This document shows positions 1-13,700 of a DNA stretch of 64,000 nt, one piece after another. This DNA is from a virus. Both the position numbers and the translations under genes were made by a program. Under the pieces are notes generated by a model. The model was not told the DNA's origin. It searched no databases and worked only from the letters and a program-made list of their open reading frames with translations. The stretch is from positions 47,956-111,955 of the IMG/VR virus record IMGVR_UViG_3300045988_175607; one strand, given 5' to 3'. The first letter of the stretch is position 1. Each line of letters begins with the position of its first letter.

Positions 1-2334
1 ACCATATAATTGAATATTAGGAGCTGTACTTACAGGGCCTAATAATAGACCTCCACTGCCATTATTATAAACACTAGGAAAAATTGATGTAAATCTTGTG
101 CCGCAAGTATTAACAATAGGATATTCCCACCATTCAATACTAAAGTCTTGAGCACATAAATCATAAGGTTCTAATGTTATATAATTTCTATTATCAATAT
201 AATAAACTGAATTATGATTTTTTGGAAATGCTGTCGCAACATTGGCCACATTAGGTTCAACAAATTTCTGTGTAACAATATCAAAAAGTCCAATTACGCC
301 ATCAGATATTCTTTGTACAGGGAAGAAATCAGCAACTTTGTTATCATCATTATAGAAAGTATAACGATAGATAATTTCTTTATGATAAATAATAGTGTTG
401 GCAGTTCTATAATAACCACCCGCATAAAATACACCAGTATCACTTCCTGCAGAAGCAAAAGTAAAAGAGGAGTTTACTAAAGAATCATCAACAGTATATT
501 TGCCATTTTTTAAATCTAATACATGATGATGCATACCATAATCTGCAGTTGCTGTATCTCTAGAAATATCATATCTGCCATCTCCAAATACATAATTACC
601 ATTACTTGCAATACCAAACCAAACAGTATAATTAGAACCGCTCAACTAAATACCGCTGCATTTCATTAAATCACTTGTTGCATCAGGAATTGCAATATCA
701 GCTTCAATTTTATAAGTTGAATACGCGCTCGAAAGGACTGCATTTTTTAATTTAAAAGCGCATTTTCCTTGTGTATCTATCGCCGGAATTTTTTTATATC
801 CTTCTGGTATATTTGCAGTTACTGCCTAAGTGGGCGCCATAATACTACAACCAACATTAGTTACTGCATGACTATGTAAACTCTCATCTTTAAATTCTTT
901 GCCTAATAAAACAAATTCATCATCAGCATCGCCACGAGGTAAAGAATCATATTCCTCGCCATTATTTAAATAACGAGTTGTTTTAGGTGTAAAATTAGAA
1001 GTCCAAACTGCAAAATCAGAAATGCGAAATTCATCCATATTACCAGTTATAGAAGGCGTAGAGCTAGTGCTACTTATGGTAAAATATGACGCAGCAATAA
1101 AATCACTAACTTCTTTAAGAGTTTTAACCAGTGTGCCGTTTTTAAAAACTAAAAGATTTGATTTATGCCTAACAATAGCGTGATGCACCCAAGTATTACG
1201 AATTACAGCACTTCCTACTGTTCCATTTAATACATCCCAAGAAGAGCCTTTGCGAGTTGCATAAAAGCATAAATTGGTACCAACTTGATAACACCCCATA
1301 AAACTAGTGCCTCCAGTTGGCCCCATTTTAAAAGAACAGCTTGTTGTACTATCTTGTCTATATTCCCACCAATCAATCGTCCAATCATCTGTTGCAAATT
1401 TAGGTAAAGTAGAAACATTATTTATTGTTATTGCATTATTTGTTGAAGTAAACGCTAATGTTTTATTGCCATTACTAAGTGGCGATGCAAATGTAGAAAT
1501 AAAAGGCGTTGTTATTGATAATGTTTGATTATATTTAGAAACATCAACTGGTGAAGTACCCGCAGTATTAGGTCTAATTAAAGCACGGCAGTGCCCTAAA
1601 AAAGTATCGTTTTGTTTCTTTTCATGATAATCAACATCAATATGTTTAGTTTTTGAAAATAAATCATTAATTACATATTTATTAGTTATTTCAGACCAAC
1701 CACTTGACGCTTTTTGATAAACTTTTTTGGCTTTTACCCATTCGCCCTAATGATTTTTTACAACTATAGAACCTTCCGCAAGAGTATAAGAATCTTCAAA
1801 GAAGGGAATATTTTCATCACACCATTCTCTTGTAGGCTCATTTCCAGCACCAAAAGATTCGGTTAAGTCGATTAACATTATATCATCTAAGTATATGATA
1901 CTTGATGTAGCTGCATTTATCGAAATGCGCAATTTTATTGTAGTGTTTGTAGATATAGTGGCTATACGTGAATGCCGATACCAAATTTTCTCTTTTAAAA
2001 TATTTTTATACCAAGCATTATTAATATTGTAATTAATATTTGTGTCACCGCTCAAATACCAACTTCCTGTAGAATAACTTAAACTTACACTTGACGCAAA
2101 ATTTGGACTATGACAAGCAATGTAAAAAACATGGTCATCAACAACTGGTGTAATAATATAATCATTTGATGGAGGAAAATCAAAAACATTATTGGTAGTT
2201 GCTTTTTTAGTTGCTAATGATACATTTCCGCCCAAACTTATATCTGTATTATAGATATAATTTGTTGAAAAAGTAAAGCTTTTATTTTCAAATGAAGAGT
2301 CTTGACAAAGATTAATCAATTTAATTGCTGCCAT
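1..2334 (-). CDS. Giant tail-fibre-like protein, 5' part (more than 778 codons, continues beyond the window start); N-terminal CBM4/9/22-like carbohydrate-binding module
   Basis: Track ORFs 1747..2334 and 826..1326 are in the same frame and separated only by TAG (1747, 826, about 640); hand translation stays open to position 1. N-terminus MAAIKLINLCQDSSFENKSF... resembles the CBM_4_9 start motif; the IDLTESFGAGNEPTREWCDENIPFFE motif is shared with three other genes. Start ATG 2334 overlaps the upstream TAA (TAATG). Confidence 0.55.
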
Positions 2335-2564
2335 TATTCAGTAGCTTCAGTAACAATAAAAATGTCACCTACTTCTCCTATATCTGTTGGAGGCTCTGCA
2401 ACATTACCAAAATAAACATTTCTAAATGTTATAGAGCCATCTACTTTAGCACCTTTAACATAAGCCACTTTCCCTATCCTTAAATCACTTGCTGTTGCAT
2501 TTGAATCACTATAATCAAATAAAACAGTACCATCCATTATCGCTTTTTTATAATTTTTAGCCAT
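2334..2564 (-). CDS. Hypothetical small structural protein (76 aa), TAG-free
   Basis: Complete ORF; SD AAAGGAG upstream of ATG 2564; TAA stop at 2334-2336. Confidence 0.6.
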   Translation of the reverse strand: MAKNYKKAIMDGTVLFDYSDSNATASDLRIGKVAYVKGAKVDGSITFRNVYFGNVAEPPTDIGEVGDIFIVTEATE

Positions 2565-2579
2565 AATTTCACTCCTTTA

Positions 2580-3002
2580 TCACTTTGTAGTAATAGTTAA
2601 TATTGTATAACCATCACTATCTGTTGTTTCAGTTACTCCATAAACTTTAGTACCTTTAATACCCAAGAGTGTAACAGTTGAGGGCATAGACGCCGGATCT
2701 AGTCCATCCACAAGAGAGTTTACAGTTATAGGAGAACCATCATAATATCCAGCAGGCATAGTAATATTAAAAACCGCATAATAATTGTTTCCATTTTTTA
2801 CTGCGGTTGGCAATAATACGGCCGTGATCTCACTTGCTTGAATATTATGTGCAGTGCCTATTACTTTACCATTTGGGCCATACGCACTATAACCTTCGGG
2901 CAACATATTTGAATTAGTTAAATTAACATCTTGAGTATTAGTAGGGCCTGCAAGTATATGCATTCCACTAATATTTTGATTACCTAAATAAACTTTACCC
3001 AT
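2580..3002 (-). CDS. Hypothetical structural protein (140 aa), TAG-free
   Basis: SD AGAAGGTGG then ATG at 3002; TGA stop at 2580-2582. Confidence 0.6.
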   Translation of the reverse strand: MGKVYLGNQNISGMHILAGPTNTQDVNLTNSNMLPEGYSAYGPNGKVIGTAHNIQASEITAVLLPTAVKNGNNYYAVFNITMPAGYYDGSPITVNSLVDGLDPASMPSTVTLLGIKGTKVYGVTETTDSDGYTILTITTK

Positions 3003-3005
3003 AGA

Positions 3006-3966
3006 TTATGACCACCTTCTGAATATAGCTTTGCCACCAGCATTATCGCGCATATAAGCTAAAGTTACAAAATCATAATCTGTCGTTGGAATATAGGATG
3101 AAGATGCAGCTGCGCCAAATTTAAATAAACTTTTTTGACGATTTTTGATAAGTACAGTATTCTCTAATTTACTATTATCCGCATCATATCTTGCTAATAC
3201 AATTTTTTGATCATATTCAATATTATCATTGTTAGCAGGAGCTAATTTAATATCATCTTCAGTCTAAAAAGTTGCATATCGTTCTAAATAAAATGAAGGG
3301 CTAAGTAATCCCAAATCTTTAAAAGTATTAGTGTTTCCTGTGGCAGGATCTACTGCTAATGCAAATTTATTGCCTATAGTGACTTTATTATAAAAAGTTG
3401 TTGGCTGCTTAGTAGATTGTTCGGCTTGCGCTACATAATTTATAAAAATATTGTCTGTACCAGTTACTTGCTCTTCATCAACCGCATTATCAGTTTTAAT
3501 TATTTGACGATATATTTTATTATCTGTTAATATATATTCATCATTAGTATGTAAAAATGAATCGTTAATAGAATGTTTCCAACTTTTTTCTGCATCATTA
3601 TCCAGCTATGTATAATTAGCCATATTCGCTTGAGTAGCACGATCTGCATAAGTTGCATAGAAAGCACCACTCGCTAATAAAGGCAAACGCATTATATTAT
3701 TATTATCATTAGAATTTAATATTTTAAAACTATCAGTGCTAGAAAGACTTTCATTCATAAAGTCTACAGTGTCTTTTAATAAAGCCTTTGCCGCATCTGA
3801 AACATTAGCTTTACTAGTATTTACGTCTAATGTAAAAAAACCAAGACCTTCATTAAAAATTAGAGTACCAGCCTATAATGCTGGCACAGAACCACTTGAT
3901 GTATTAGTACCATTAGTACCTCGATAAATTTTTAATGGAGTTTTTTCTGTTGCCATTTTTAAAAGA
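3006..3966 (-). CDS. Hypothetical tail/baseplate protein (about 319 codons, 3 in-frame TAG)
   Basis: SD GAAAGGAG + ATG at 3964-3966; hand translation runs through 3 TAG codons to TAA at about 3006-3008; no fragment appears in the ORF track because TAG recurs every <60 codons. Confidence 0.5.
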
Positions 3967-4040
3967 CTCCTTTCTCGTCAAATTCACTATTATTATATAA
4001 ATTTTTAATTAATTCCATTATTTTAATTCGGCCGTATATA

Positions 4041-4070
4041 AAAAGAAAAAGGGAAGTTAAAAACTTCCCC
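4041..4070 (-). terminator. Rho-independent terminator hairpin (GGGAAGTT/AACTTCCC) plus T-tract on the minus strand
   Basis: Perfect 8-bp stem directly downstream of the TAA at 4083; A-run 4041-4050 on plus gives the minus-strand T-tract. Confidence 0.55.
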
Positions 4071-4082
4071 TATAAATATATA

Positions 4083-4889
4083 TTAAGTCCAAGCAACTGG
4101 TACAGCTGCCCAACCCGTTCCTGTCCAATAGCGCAAAAAGTTATTCTTCTTGCCGCCAGTGTCAATCCAAAGTGCACCAACCTAGAAATTACTGCCCACA
4201 GGCTAAGTCGCAGAAACAGTAATTAATTTACTAACAGACTCTTTTACTGTTGCTGTTGTAACAAGTTTAGATTTAGGTGCTGGCAAAAGTGGTGTAGGAG
4301 TATTTTGCGGATAAAACTCGAAGCCCAAATCCCCTTCAACATAATTTTTTAATAAATTATTAACAATATTAAAATCTAAATATTCTTTATTTACCACATG
4401 AGCTGCATTAGTAATAGGTGCGGAAATGCTAATGGTTGCGTCATCACGCATTTTACCGCCATCAAGTGACAAATAATTTTTCATGCCGCTAGCTTCAAGT
4501 AAATTACGCACTGTGGTATAGTATAAAACATCATTATTATCTAATACTAAAATTTTAGTATTTTTAAGACCACTACCAGTTAGAGGCCCAACTTTACCAG
4601 CCCGATTATTATATAAATGTTCATTGGTAATTATTTTTACTGCGCCAGTAATAGTTATATTTTCAGTAGTTAAAGTGCCTGAAAAAGAGGCTTTAGACCA
4701 CATGTTTTCTAATTCTTCAAGTTTCTCTTGGACGGTTTTATTTTTATTTATACCCTCACGAATGACAACGCCTTTGCCCTATTCGCTATTGTTAGGGTCA
4801 ACATAAAACACGCCACTCGCCATTGTTTCAGGATAAATAATAATTGCACCGTCAGAGGTCTTGAGTGTTTTTACATATTCATTTGCCAA
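4083..4889 (-). CDS. Hypothetical structural protein with Trp-rich C-terminus (about 268 codons, 2 in-frame TAG)
   Basis: Track ORF 4203..4703 extended through TAG at 4203 and 4779; TAA at 4083-4085; probable TTG start near 4889 (an AGGAGG-associated ATG is one base out of frame); C-terminus ...LGALWIDTGGKKNNFLRYWTGTGWAAVPVAWT. Confidence 0.45.
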
Positions 4890-4959
4890 AACTCATTTTC
4901 CTCCTTTTTATCTTCTATAAATATCTCTTTTTTCATTAAAACATATTAATAAAAAATGT

Positions 4960-4998
4960 CCATAGAATAAAAAAGAGGGAGAAAGCTATTCTCCCTTA
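4960..4998 (-). terminator. Terminator-like hairpin (GAGGGAGAA/TTCTCCCTT)
   Basis: Inverted repeat downstream of the TAA at 5005 with a flanking A/T tract. Confidence 0.45.
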
Positions 4999-5004
4999 TT
5001 TTTA

Positions 5005-5601
5005 TTATAAATCAATCCAACTTAAACTCTCAAGCGCAGCTATACGAGCATAGATTTCTTCTTCTTTATCAGCTAAATAATTACTAGCTTCTAAATCTTT
5101 AATATCTAACCCATATAATACTTTACCTTTTGTTGGCCGAGTGCTTAAATTGTAAGTAAAATATCTTGGATTTTTTTCATCTAAAACCTTATTAAGTTTA
5201 TAAAATCTAAATGAAAAAGTAACATCGCCGGCATACTTAGTTGCTTCGCCTCCAATAGCCCAAGGAATAAGCATTTTTGGCGAGTCAGGGTCATTATAAG
5301 TGGTTACGTCATAATATGGAACGGCATATACCCGCGATTCCCCACCAGCATTTATATATTGTATTACACAAGTTGTAGTAGCTAAATCGATATTATCAAA
5401 AAATCTATCTACAATAAAATATAAACATTCTGCCCTATGATCTTTCTCCACACTTAAAAAATCTGGCACTTCAACAATTCTTTTGTTTAAGTCGATTTTA
5501 TAAATGGGTTCACTACTAGGGAGTAAAACTGCCAAGGTGGGAGGATTTACATCATAAATCTATGATAAATATTTTTCATATTCCGCGGCAGTTGTTATCA
5601 T
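5005..5601 (-). CDS. Hypothetical structural protein (about 198 codons, 1 in-frame TAG)
   Basis: Track ORF 5005..5535 extended upstream through TAG at 5560 to ATG 5601, preceded by SD AAGAGGT; TAA at 5005. Confidence 0.5.
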
Positions 5602-5619
5602 TGTTAGTTACCTCTTTAA

Positions 5620-7434
5620 TTAGATTTGTGCAACTTTGAAGAGTAAGCTATAAGTAGGTTCAGATTGGCTGCCATTAAGATTATTAATAATTTTAACATA
5701 ATAATAACCCGACACTTTAGCATTATAACGAATCGCGAGATCGGTAGTTTGAACAGCTTCAGGCAATAAAGCTTCATCATTCTCATGGGGATGTTGTTTG
5801 CCAGTTTCTGCATAATCATTTTTATAATCACATTTATACCACTGGTAAGTATATCCATCAGTTACAACACCTGAACTTAACGTTACTTCTAAGGTAGCTG
5901 AACCATTTTCCATTTCAATTTCGGCCATACCGCCCTCAGAAGCAGGCAAAGGCTTCACGATAACGGGTTTTGCAGCTGGCTTGGTAACACGGCAAACCTC
6001 AGACTGTGTAGTTAATTTACTATTATTTAAATGATTAGTAACAATTACACTATAGCTACCTTCTTCATTTGCAGTATATTCATTTTTAATAGCGTTTTCA
6101 ATAAGATTTTCTTTAGAATACCATTGATAACTAAGTTCACCACCGTCAGGACTTTCTGCAAGACAAATTAATGATATAGGAGTCATGTCTGCATCAAATA
6201 ATGAACTTGTGGGGAAGCTCTTTATTACTGGTTTGCTTGCGGCAGGAACTACGCATTTAGTGGTATCTATCGTATCAGAGCTAATCTGTACACGATTAGT
6301 AACAGTGGCAAAATAAGTACCAGTCTCAGAAATGGTACAAGCATAGAACCTTTCATAATAAGTATTTTCAGGAATCGGATCACCATCAGTAACTTCTGCG
6401 ATTTGATAACCTGAAATATTCTCATTATTTTCAGCTTTAATATAATAAGCTTTACCCTAAGCAAAAGTACCATCATTACTCAGTACATATTCATCAGGCA
6501 GAACCGTAAGCTTGCTATCAGCACTGGGTACAATATGACCATTTTGCATATGAGTCCAAGAGATGGAGATAACTCCCGCGTCTTGGCTTTCAGCTTGTAT
6601 CCTGAGTGTTTGAGATTGATGATCTCTTTCGCCTTCAAGATTGATTGTTTCAGGCAAATCTTCAAATAATACAGGTTTTTCCGCGGTTTGACCACCAACA
6701 GGATTAGTATCAACAAAGCGGCTAAGGATTAAATCATTACGATCAATAATCTCTATTGCGCTATCATCTTCTATATCTAAGTCAAGAGCAGGATTAATTA
6801 CTGCACTTGCAGTCAAAGTACTAAAACTATAAGTAATTTTAGGCTTTTCTTCATTGGTTTTACTAATAAAACGCACAGAAAATTTAATTGTGCCTGCGCG
6901 ATCAGTAATTTCAGAAGAAATAGGCCAACCAAAAATAATCTTACCAGGCTTGCTTATAATATCGCGCACCCAAGGAATAGAAACGTTCTTTTCAGTAATA
7001 CCTTTAGCATCAGGCGCAGTTTCCCACTATATATAAATTTCTTTAGTATTTAAGTCAGTAGCATCAAAATAGCGATCAATTTCAAAATAAAGTATTTCGG
7101 CAATTTCATCGCCTTTTACTGATATACCATTCTTTTTAAAACTGGGAGGTACAGTAATAGTTCTTGTATTTGCATCAATCAAAAATACTTCTTCGTCTAC
7201 TGGTAAAATAGTATATTTAAATTGTCTATTTTTTGAAGGGTCATAAGCTGGCGAATTATTAGAAGTATCATCATGGTCATATTTAGCTAATTTAGTAATA
7301 TAACCAAAATAATCTTCTAAAGTAGTGATTTCCGCACCATCTTGCATTTCATTATGTTTTTTCAAGATTTTATTGGCCTCTTCAAATAACTTACGATATT
7401 TAACAGTATTTTCACTATTTACATAAGTAATCAT
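5620..7434 (-). CDS. Structural protein with Ig-like (Big_2-type) repeats (about 604 codons, 3 in-frame TAG)
   Basis: Track ORFs 7027..7434, 6457..6969 and 5620..6186 share one frame and are joined only by TAG; SD + ATG at 7434 with TAA just upstream; TAA at 5620; repeated YQWY-containing segments separated by KPAAKPVI linkers. Confidence 0.5.
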
Positions 7435-7463
7435 TAGCTTTTAACTTCCTTTCTATTAAAATT

Positions 7464-7493
7464 GTGAGTTAGGAAACGAATTTCCTAACTCAC
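7464..7493 (-). terminator. Perfect 13-bp hairpin GTGAGTTAGGAAA-CGAA-TTTCCTAACTCAC
   Basis: Lies between the gene ending at 7510 and the start at 7434; T-rich flank. Confidence 0.45.
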
Positions 7494-7509
7494 TTTATTT
7501 TAATGTTTT

Positions 7510-7719
7510 TTATTGTTCTTTATCTACTTCTACCCATAAGTTTAAATCTGCTTCTGGTACAGTCACCATTTCAACAAATCTTTTATGGTCTTTAGTAAGA
7601 ACTTTTCCTTCATCAGCAACTAAGGAATAATAGCGAACCGAATAAGCACCTTCTATATGAATGGGGCTATCAATTATTCCATTAGTGCCTAAATATCTAT
7701 AAATTGTAGATTTGTTCAT
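7510..7719 (-). CDS. Hypothetical small protein (69 aa), TAG-free
   Basis: SD AAGGAGA + ATG 7719; TAA at 7510. Confidence 0.55.
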   Translation of the reverse strand: MNKSTIYRYLGTNGIIDSPIHIEGAYSVRYYSLVADEGKVLTKDHKRFVEMVTVPEADLNLWVEVDKEQ

Positions 7720-7730
7720 ATTTATTCTCC

Positions 7731-10700
7731 TTATATTACTTTAAAGTTATATGTAACTCCAACACTTGCAGTGGTAAGACCAGTAAGATTCGGCAAATAA
7801 TCATCTGATTCTGGCGCACTATACTTATTAATATGCTCCTAATCAGAATACATATTTACTGTTGTAATTGTGCGGTTAGGAGGATTCTAGAAAAGCACTC
7901 TATAGTTAGTAGAGCCAGAGCGCATACTAGTAATATAACATCCTTTTTCAGAATCGCCAAAATTAAATGTTGATATCTTGGTTTGGAAAGCAAATGCCGA
8001 TTGACCTATAAATTCAAAATGTCCAGTAATAGTAAATGAATCATTATCAATGGGTGAACCACTAAGTGCGTAGTTATCAAAGCGACACACCTTATCTGGA
8101 TTAATATCAATACGACTTAATCTTAATATTGGTATATCAACGGCATTATTTTTACGTATTGAAGCCATACAATACGCACCAAAGCGCTCTATAGTGCCAG
8201 GAACTTCAATATACTATAACTAGCCCATACCCTCAAGACAACGAGGCATAAAATCAATGACGTTTGTTCCAGCAGGGTCTTTATACCAGAAAATATGTGT
8301 GATATTGTTATTGTTTCTAAAACCATTAACAAGACTTGAATTAGTATCACCATAAATACCAATAATGGGCTAATTGTTATGACGAGTTGGCAAAGTTATT
8401 TTACCAGATAATGAATATTCAGATTTAATGCTGATGTAATAACCATTTTGTTCACGATATGTTCCAGAAGTGAAATCAAAAAATTTCTCATCAAAAGGCG
8501 CATCATAGACATTTGCTATTTCATAAACCGCATAGAATTTATAATCTTTAATAGATCTCATAGCCTCTAAATCAACCTTGCGGCCGCCCTTACTGGTTGA
8601 ATAGCCGACGTGTTTATAAGTGCTTTCAAGGGGTAGAGTTGATTCGTCTTTATGAGGAATAATTGTGGGAGGATAAAGCTTTTCATTATAAGTGACTTCT
8701 ATCTCATCGATTAATGAATCATCATCATTATAAAAAGACATTTTATACTTATGCTTAATATAAATAGCATAGAAAGTATAATCTATCACACCCTATGTGC
8801 AAGACCATTCTTCCCATTGTTCATTAGTGATAATATTATTACCTGCTGCATCAGTTGCCCAACCGAGGAAATCATAATTGGGCTTTGGCTTTGGTGTATA
8901 AGTGGTATAAGGATTAGAGAACCGCACAATTGTACCACTTTCAAAATCATCAGCCGCAATTTTCTATATGCCAATAATATTTTTCTTACCATCTTCATCA
9001 ATCTATACAAATATACCAGAATAACCTTGCTTTACATTTGTAAAGAAGAAATTAAGATTGGGATAATAATCATTGCTCTATAAAGTATTGCGAATATATC
9101 CTTCATCAATTACGTCATTATTCTCAATATAAATATAACCAGTAATTTCAGGCATTGAAGTCGCAGTACCTTTGAATATATTGCTATACTTTTCGATGTA
9201 ATCTTTTAACATATCTACATTGGCAATAGTCTCATATTTATTGGTAACTTTCTTAAATAATTTTCCATCAATAAGTAAGTTATTCCATTCAGAAGCATCC
9301 CAAGTCCAAGTTTCTAATCCATAATGGCCATTATCTTTGTAGTATTCCTCAGAAACATTATAAGTATAACCCTCAGTTAATTTTTCATAAGGCATCCAAT
9401 TAACTCCACGCAATGAAATTTGCAACTAACCTTGATTAGGAAGAAGCTTGATACGAGTTAAAGACTTTAATAATTTATAACTATCATAACCAAAATAATC
9501 ACCATTAATGCTTAATACATTTAAACCAGTTTCAGTCGCAGTATCTAAATTATTAGTTAAATCTTCAATATATAATCCCGTTGGAGGAGTCCAAGTAGAG
9601 AAATTCTCTTCTGTTGGAGGCTCATAAGAAACAATCAAATCTTTTAACTAAGAAGCTTCAACCAAATTAAGATTCGTTAAAGTCTTAGGAATATGTAAAG
9701 TATTAAGAGCAACACCTTCTGCAAATACAATATTCTAAATATTAGAGCGTACTGCACGGAAAGATTGTAATTTCTCACTGCTGGAAAAATCTAATGTTTG
9801 TACATTTTCAATAAATACACCAGTAAGATTTACCTCTTTTAACATTGGTTTACCTTTTGCACTGCTCTTAGAAGCATCAAAACTGGGTGGATTCGTTTTT
9901 AAGAAATAGCCCGGATACTCTGAACCAAGTAAAAGTCTCTATAAACGAGAAGCTCCTAACGCTCTAAACTCTCGCCAATATAAAGTGCTCATATCACCAA
10001 CATCTTGTAAGAAGCTTGCGCCATAAATATAGAATAACTGTTCACCATAATTGGCACCACTACGACGTCCTATAGGCATGTTACCCGGTAATTGCATATA
10101 AACAGCTTTGTCACCTTTATATAATTGCGGTTCCATTGAGCTATTATCGCCACCAATAGTAACATATTGCCGTTGATAAGGAATAATCTTTACTGCTAAA
10201 TCAGCATCCAAATAATTAGTTTTTATTGGGTTGCCATCGGCATCTTTTTTCTCTGTGCCATTTTCTATAACATAATATGGCGAATATTCAAAACCGGCTG
10301 GTAATGTCGTAGTATTATTATCGATCCATTTATCTGAAGTTTGATTTATATCGTTAGCAATAATACGACCTTGAATTGAGGCACCCGCACGTGCATATTC
10401 GCCCCAGCCCTAAAATGAATCATAAAAATTAATACGATTCATTAAGAATTGCTGACGAGATAAACTACGATCACCTTGTAATGCATAGAAATAAGTACCA
10501 TCACCATCAATCGCAATATCACCATCTTGATTCTAATAACCATCTCCATCGGGATTGGTAATAGAAATATATTTCCAATATTCATCCAAATTCAATGCCA
10601 TTAAAGGACGAATACCTCTCATAGCAATAGAATTACATTCAACAGGGTCGGCTAAGTACCATTTTTCAATATGATCAACATCTCGCTATAAAGCAGAACG

Positions 10701-13700
10701 ATTATCATTATCTCCAGTAGATGAGCCAAGCAAAGGGGTTGTAGTTTTTTTAGTATTAATATTAACAATGCCGTTACCGTCTCCACGCATCTAGAAATAC
10801 TTAGCCTTTAAAGCATCTTTATAGCAAGTATAAAGGTTTGCCCATAATACGCTATCATTAGTAGAGAAGCAACCATCTTCTTGCGCATTCACGTAATATT
10901 CAAAAGAAGGAATACCAGTATTATTAATACCTAATTGAGTATCCATATCATAGAAAATAGGATACCAAATATAATCTCCGCCTTCTTTTTGCGGACCCCA
11001 AGACGCCATCATACAATTCTTTCCACGGCTATCATAGCAAAGGAAAATTTCTGTTATTAAGAAATATACTAAACAATATTCTAAATCAAAATGTTCAGGT
11101 AATTCTTTCTTAAATTTAGCCAAACGATATTCTTGAGTATCAAAATAATAATTAACGCCATTAATTGTTACCGCAGAATCAAGCACTTCAATATTATCAG
11201 TTGCATAATCTGCAGGAGTTAATTGTATAATATTAAATACTTCAGCATAAGTTTCAACTGTACCAGTCTAATAAGTACCAACTTTATCAAGGTCTTGTAC
11301 ATAAACATAGCCAGTAATCTTAGCATAGGCGCGGAAAACATCACTATCTGTAAAGGTATAAATAGGATTACCATTATTATCTGTACTATCAGTAGTTCCC
11401 CATTCAGCACTCTTTAAAATATCATCAGTCAAACCAGCTTGAGTTAAATTGTTTTTAACATCATCATAACTCATTGTTGTTTCTACTGGATTAAATAAAA
11501 TGGTTTCTTGTATTGTTGGTATTTTTGCTACGGAGTATTTTTTAGTATGAACAAATGTTGCATTTTCTCCATACTTTTTTATTGCATATTTATTAATTAA
11601 GTCATCTTCTTTACCGACATAATCAACACAAGTACTCCATACCCACTTACAAGCGCGTTCCCAATTTTTCATCTTCTTAAATAAAGAAGCATTTCGATTT
11701 TCAGGAGTTGTATATTCTTCTGGACTATAATCAGCAGCCAAATCTTCTGCTGTTACACCACCACCGGTTATATCATAAATATAATCCAATAAATCGGAAT
11801 CAGTATGATATCGATATTCATAGCTATCTGTAACTATTGGCCCGCATCCTTTAGAATTTGCGCGCTCATTACCATTAAATGCAAGTCCTTCAGTATTCAT
11901 CCCCGCACGACGCATTTCTTCTTGAGTCATGCTAAAGCTAAATTCTTTGCGTTTTAATGGATCTCTAAATGAACAGAATGTGCGGCCATTGTCTGAAAAT
12001 TCCCAACATTCAGCCATTTTGCGAACAGCTTTATTACCTAAGAACTTTTGACTTATTTTTTTACCAGGCTTAAAGCCATATACTTCATCAGAACCTTTAT
12101 CCAAAAGCATATTGAAACGGCCTAAGAATGTATAAGTATCTCCATTTTTGCGGAAACCCAATACAGGGAAACCTTGGACGCTAGTACGATAATCTTTTAT
12201 GTTTGGCCAATCATAAGATTTATATGTTGTTACTGCAATGTAATAATTGCTAACATTATCAGCATTTACAATTGTTTGATCAGCTAATTTTTTATATTTA
12301 CCAGCGTCATTTAATTCATAATAAGTAGTATTTTCATCATAAGAAGTTGCGGTTTCGTAATTTTCTTTAGATTCAGTAAAAGCACCAATACTATTATAAT
12401 CATTAATAGGATGTTTAGTATAAGCATTAGCAACAAAGTTTGCCATACCCATATTATAAGTGCCAGAAGATTCCATATAATCAATTTTTACAGTGAATTT
12501 GGTAGTACCTACTGTATAATTATCATAATAGAATGCATCAAGATGGCATTTATCTTCTTTATTTTTATAAGCACTTGCAAAAGGCCCAGCATTCATATAC
12601 ATATTAATATTACCATCTGAACCTTTAGTTTTTATCTTATAATTGCGGCGAGGATAAAATTCTGAAGAAGTGCCTTGAACTTGAATCGTTACACCAGTGT
12701 TATTTAAATCTTCATAAGCCGTTGATGTAAAGCTTGGGCAATGATGTTTATAATATTCTTCAATGGCTGCAATTTCACCTTGCTCAGCCAAAATATTAGC
12801 TATTTCTTTATCTTCTTTAATCTTAGTTAATAATTCACCATTTTCATAAGCTCTATCTAAGCCAGTATTAACAAAAGTAACGGTAGCGCCATTAACTTTA
12901 ACCGCTTTTTTATAAGGCATATTTTTTAATGAAGTATTAGTAACATCAAAAATTAAATAAGGCATTAAATAATCGTCAGGATGGCTTTGATTATAAAGAA
13001 TCATATCTTCATAACGCAATCTAGGCTCATTACCAATACCAAGAGAAGCAATACTGTTTTGGTCATAAATTAAAACATCTTTAAAATCAACAGCATAATT
13101 CTTCAAAATGTTTAATAAATCTAAACTTTCAGAATAAATACGCATCTTATATAAATCAATATCACAATTACTTGAATTAAATTCAATGGCTGAGCTTGTA
13201 ATATTAACTGCACTACTTACTGTAATCTTGTTAACGCCAGTTAAAACACCATTAATATAAATTAAAATTAAATTAGAATCTGGTGAAAATACAATACTTA
13301 AATTTACTAATTGATTTTCTACATAAGACACATTAACCGTATCAGTACCATCACTAAAGAAAGCGTCCTATGGGCCTAAGCATAATCCAGTAGTGCCTGT
13401 AATATATTTGCAGAAAGCATTTGCGGTTGATATCTATTTATAAACCTAACTAAAAATTAAATCGTCATATTCTTTTCCCAATAGTTCTAAAGCCTTATCA
13501 TGCAAAAAAGCATCATAGTTATCGTACTTGTCTTGCGCGATAAAAGCATCATAAGCCACTTGGTCATTTTGATAACGAGTAATTTCTTTAATTAACTTAT
13601 TATAATTACTAATATTTTTAACTTTAAACTAAAATTCAAATGTACATTTCTTAATGCCACTTACGCTAGAATTTAAGGTCATTGGGCCAATAGGGATAGA

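Noticed and set aside
1227-1418. Alternative-frame minus ORFs overlapping long genes (1227..1418, 5616..5858, 6267..6476, 6480..6716, 8786..9010, 11219..11410, 26811..27155, 36717..36992, 38088..38411, 49164..49367, 55278..55463, 63102..63320)
   Set aside because: Each sits inside a longer continuous frame that has coherent protein features; they have biased, low-complexity translations typical of off-frame AT-rich sequence.
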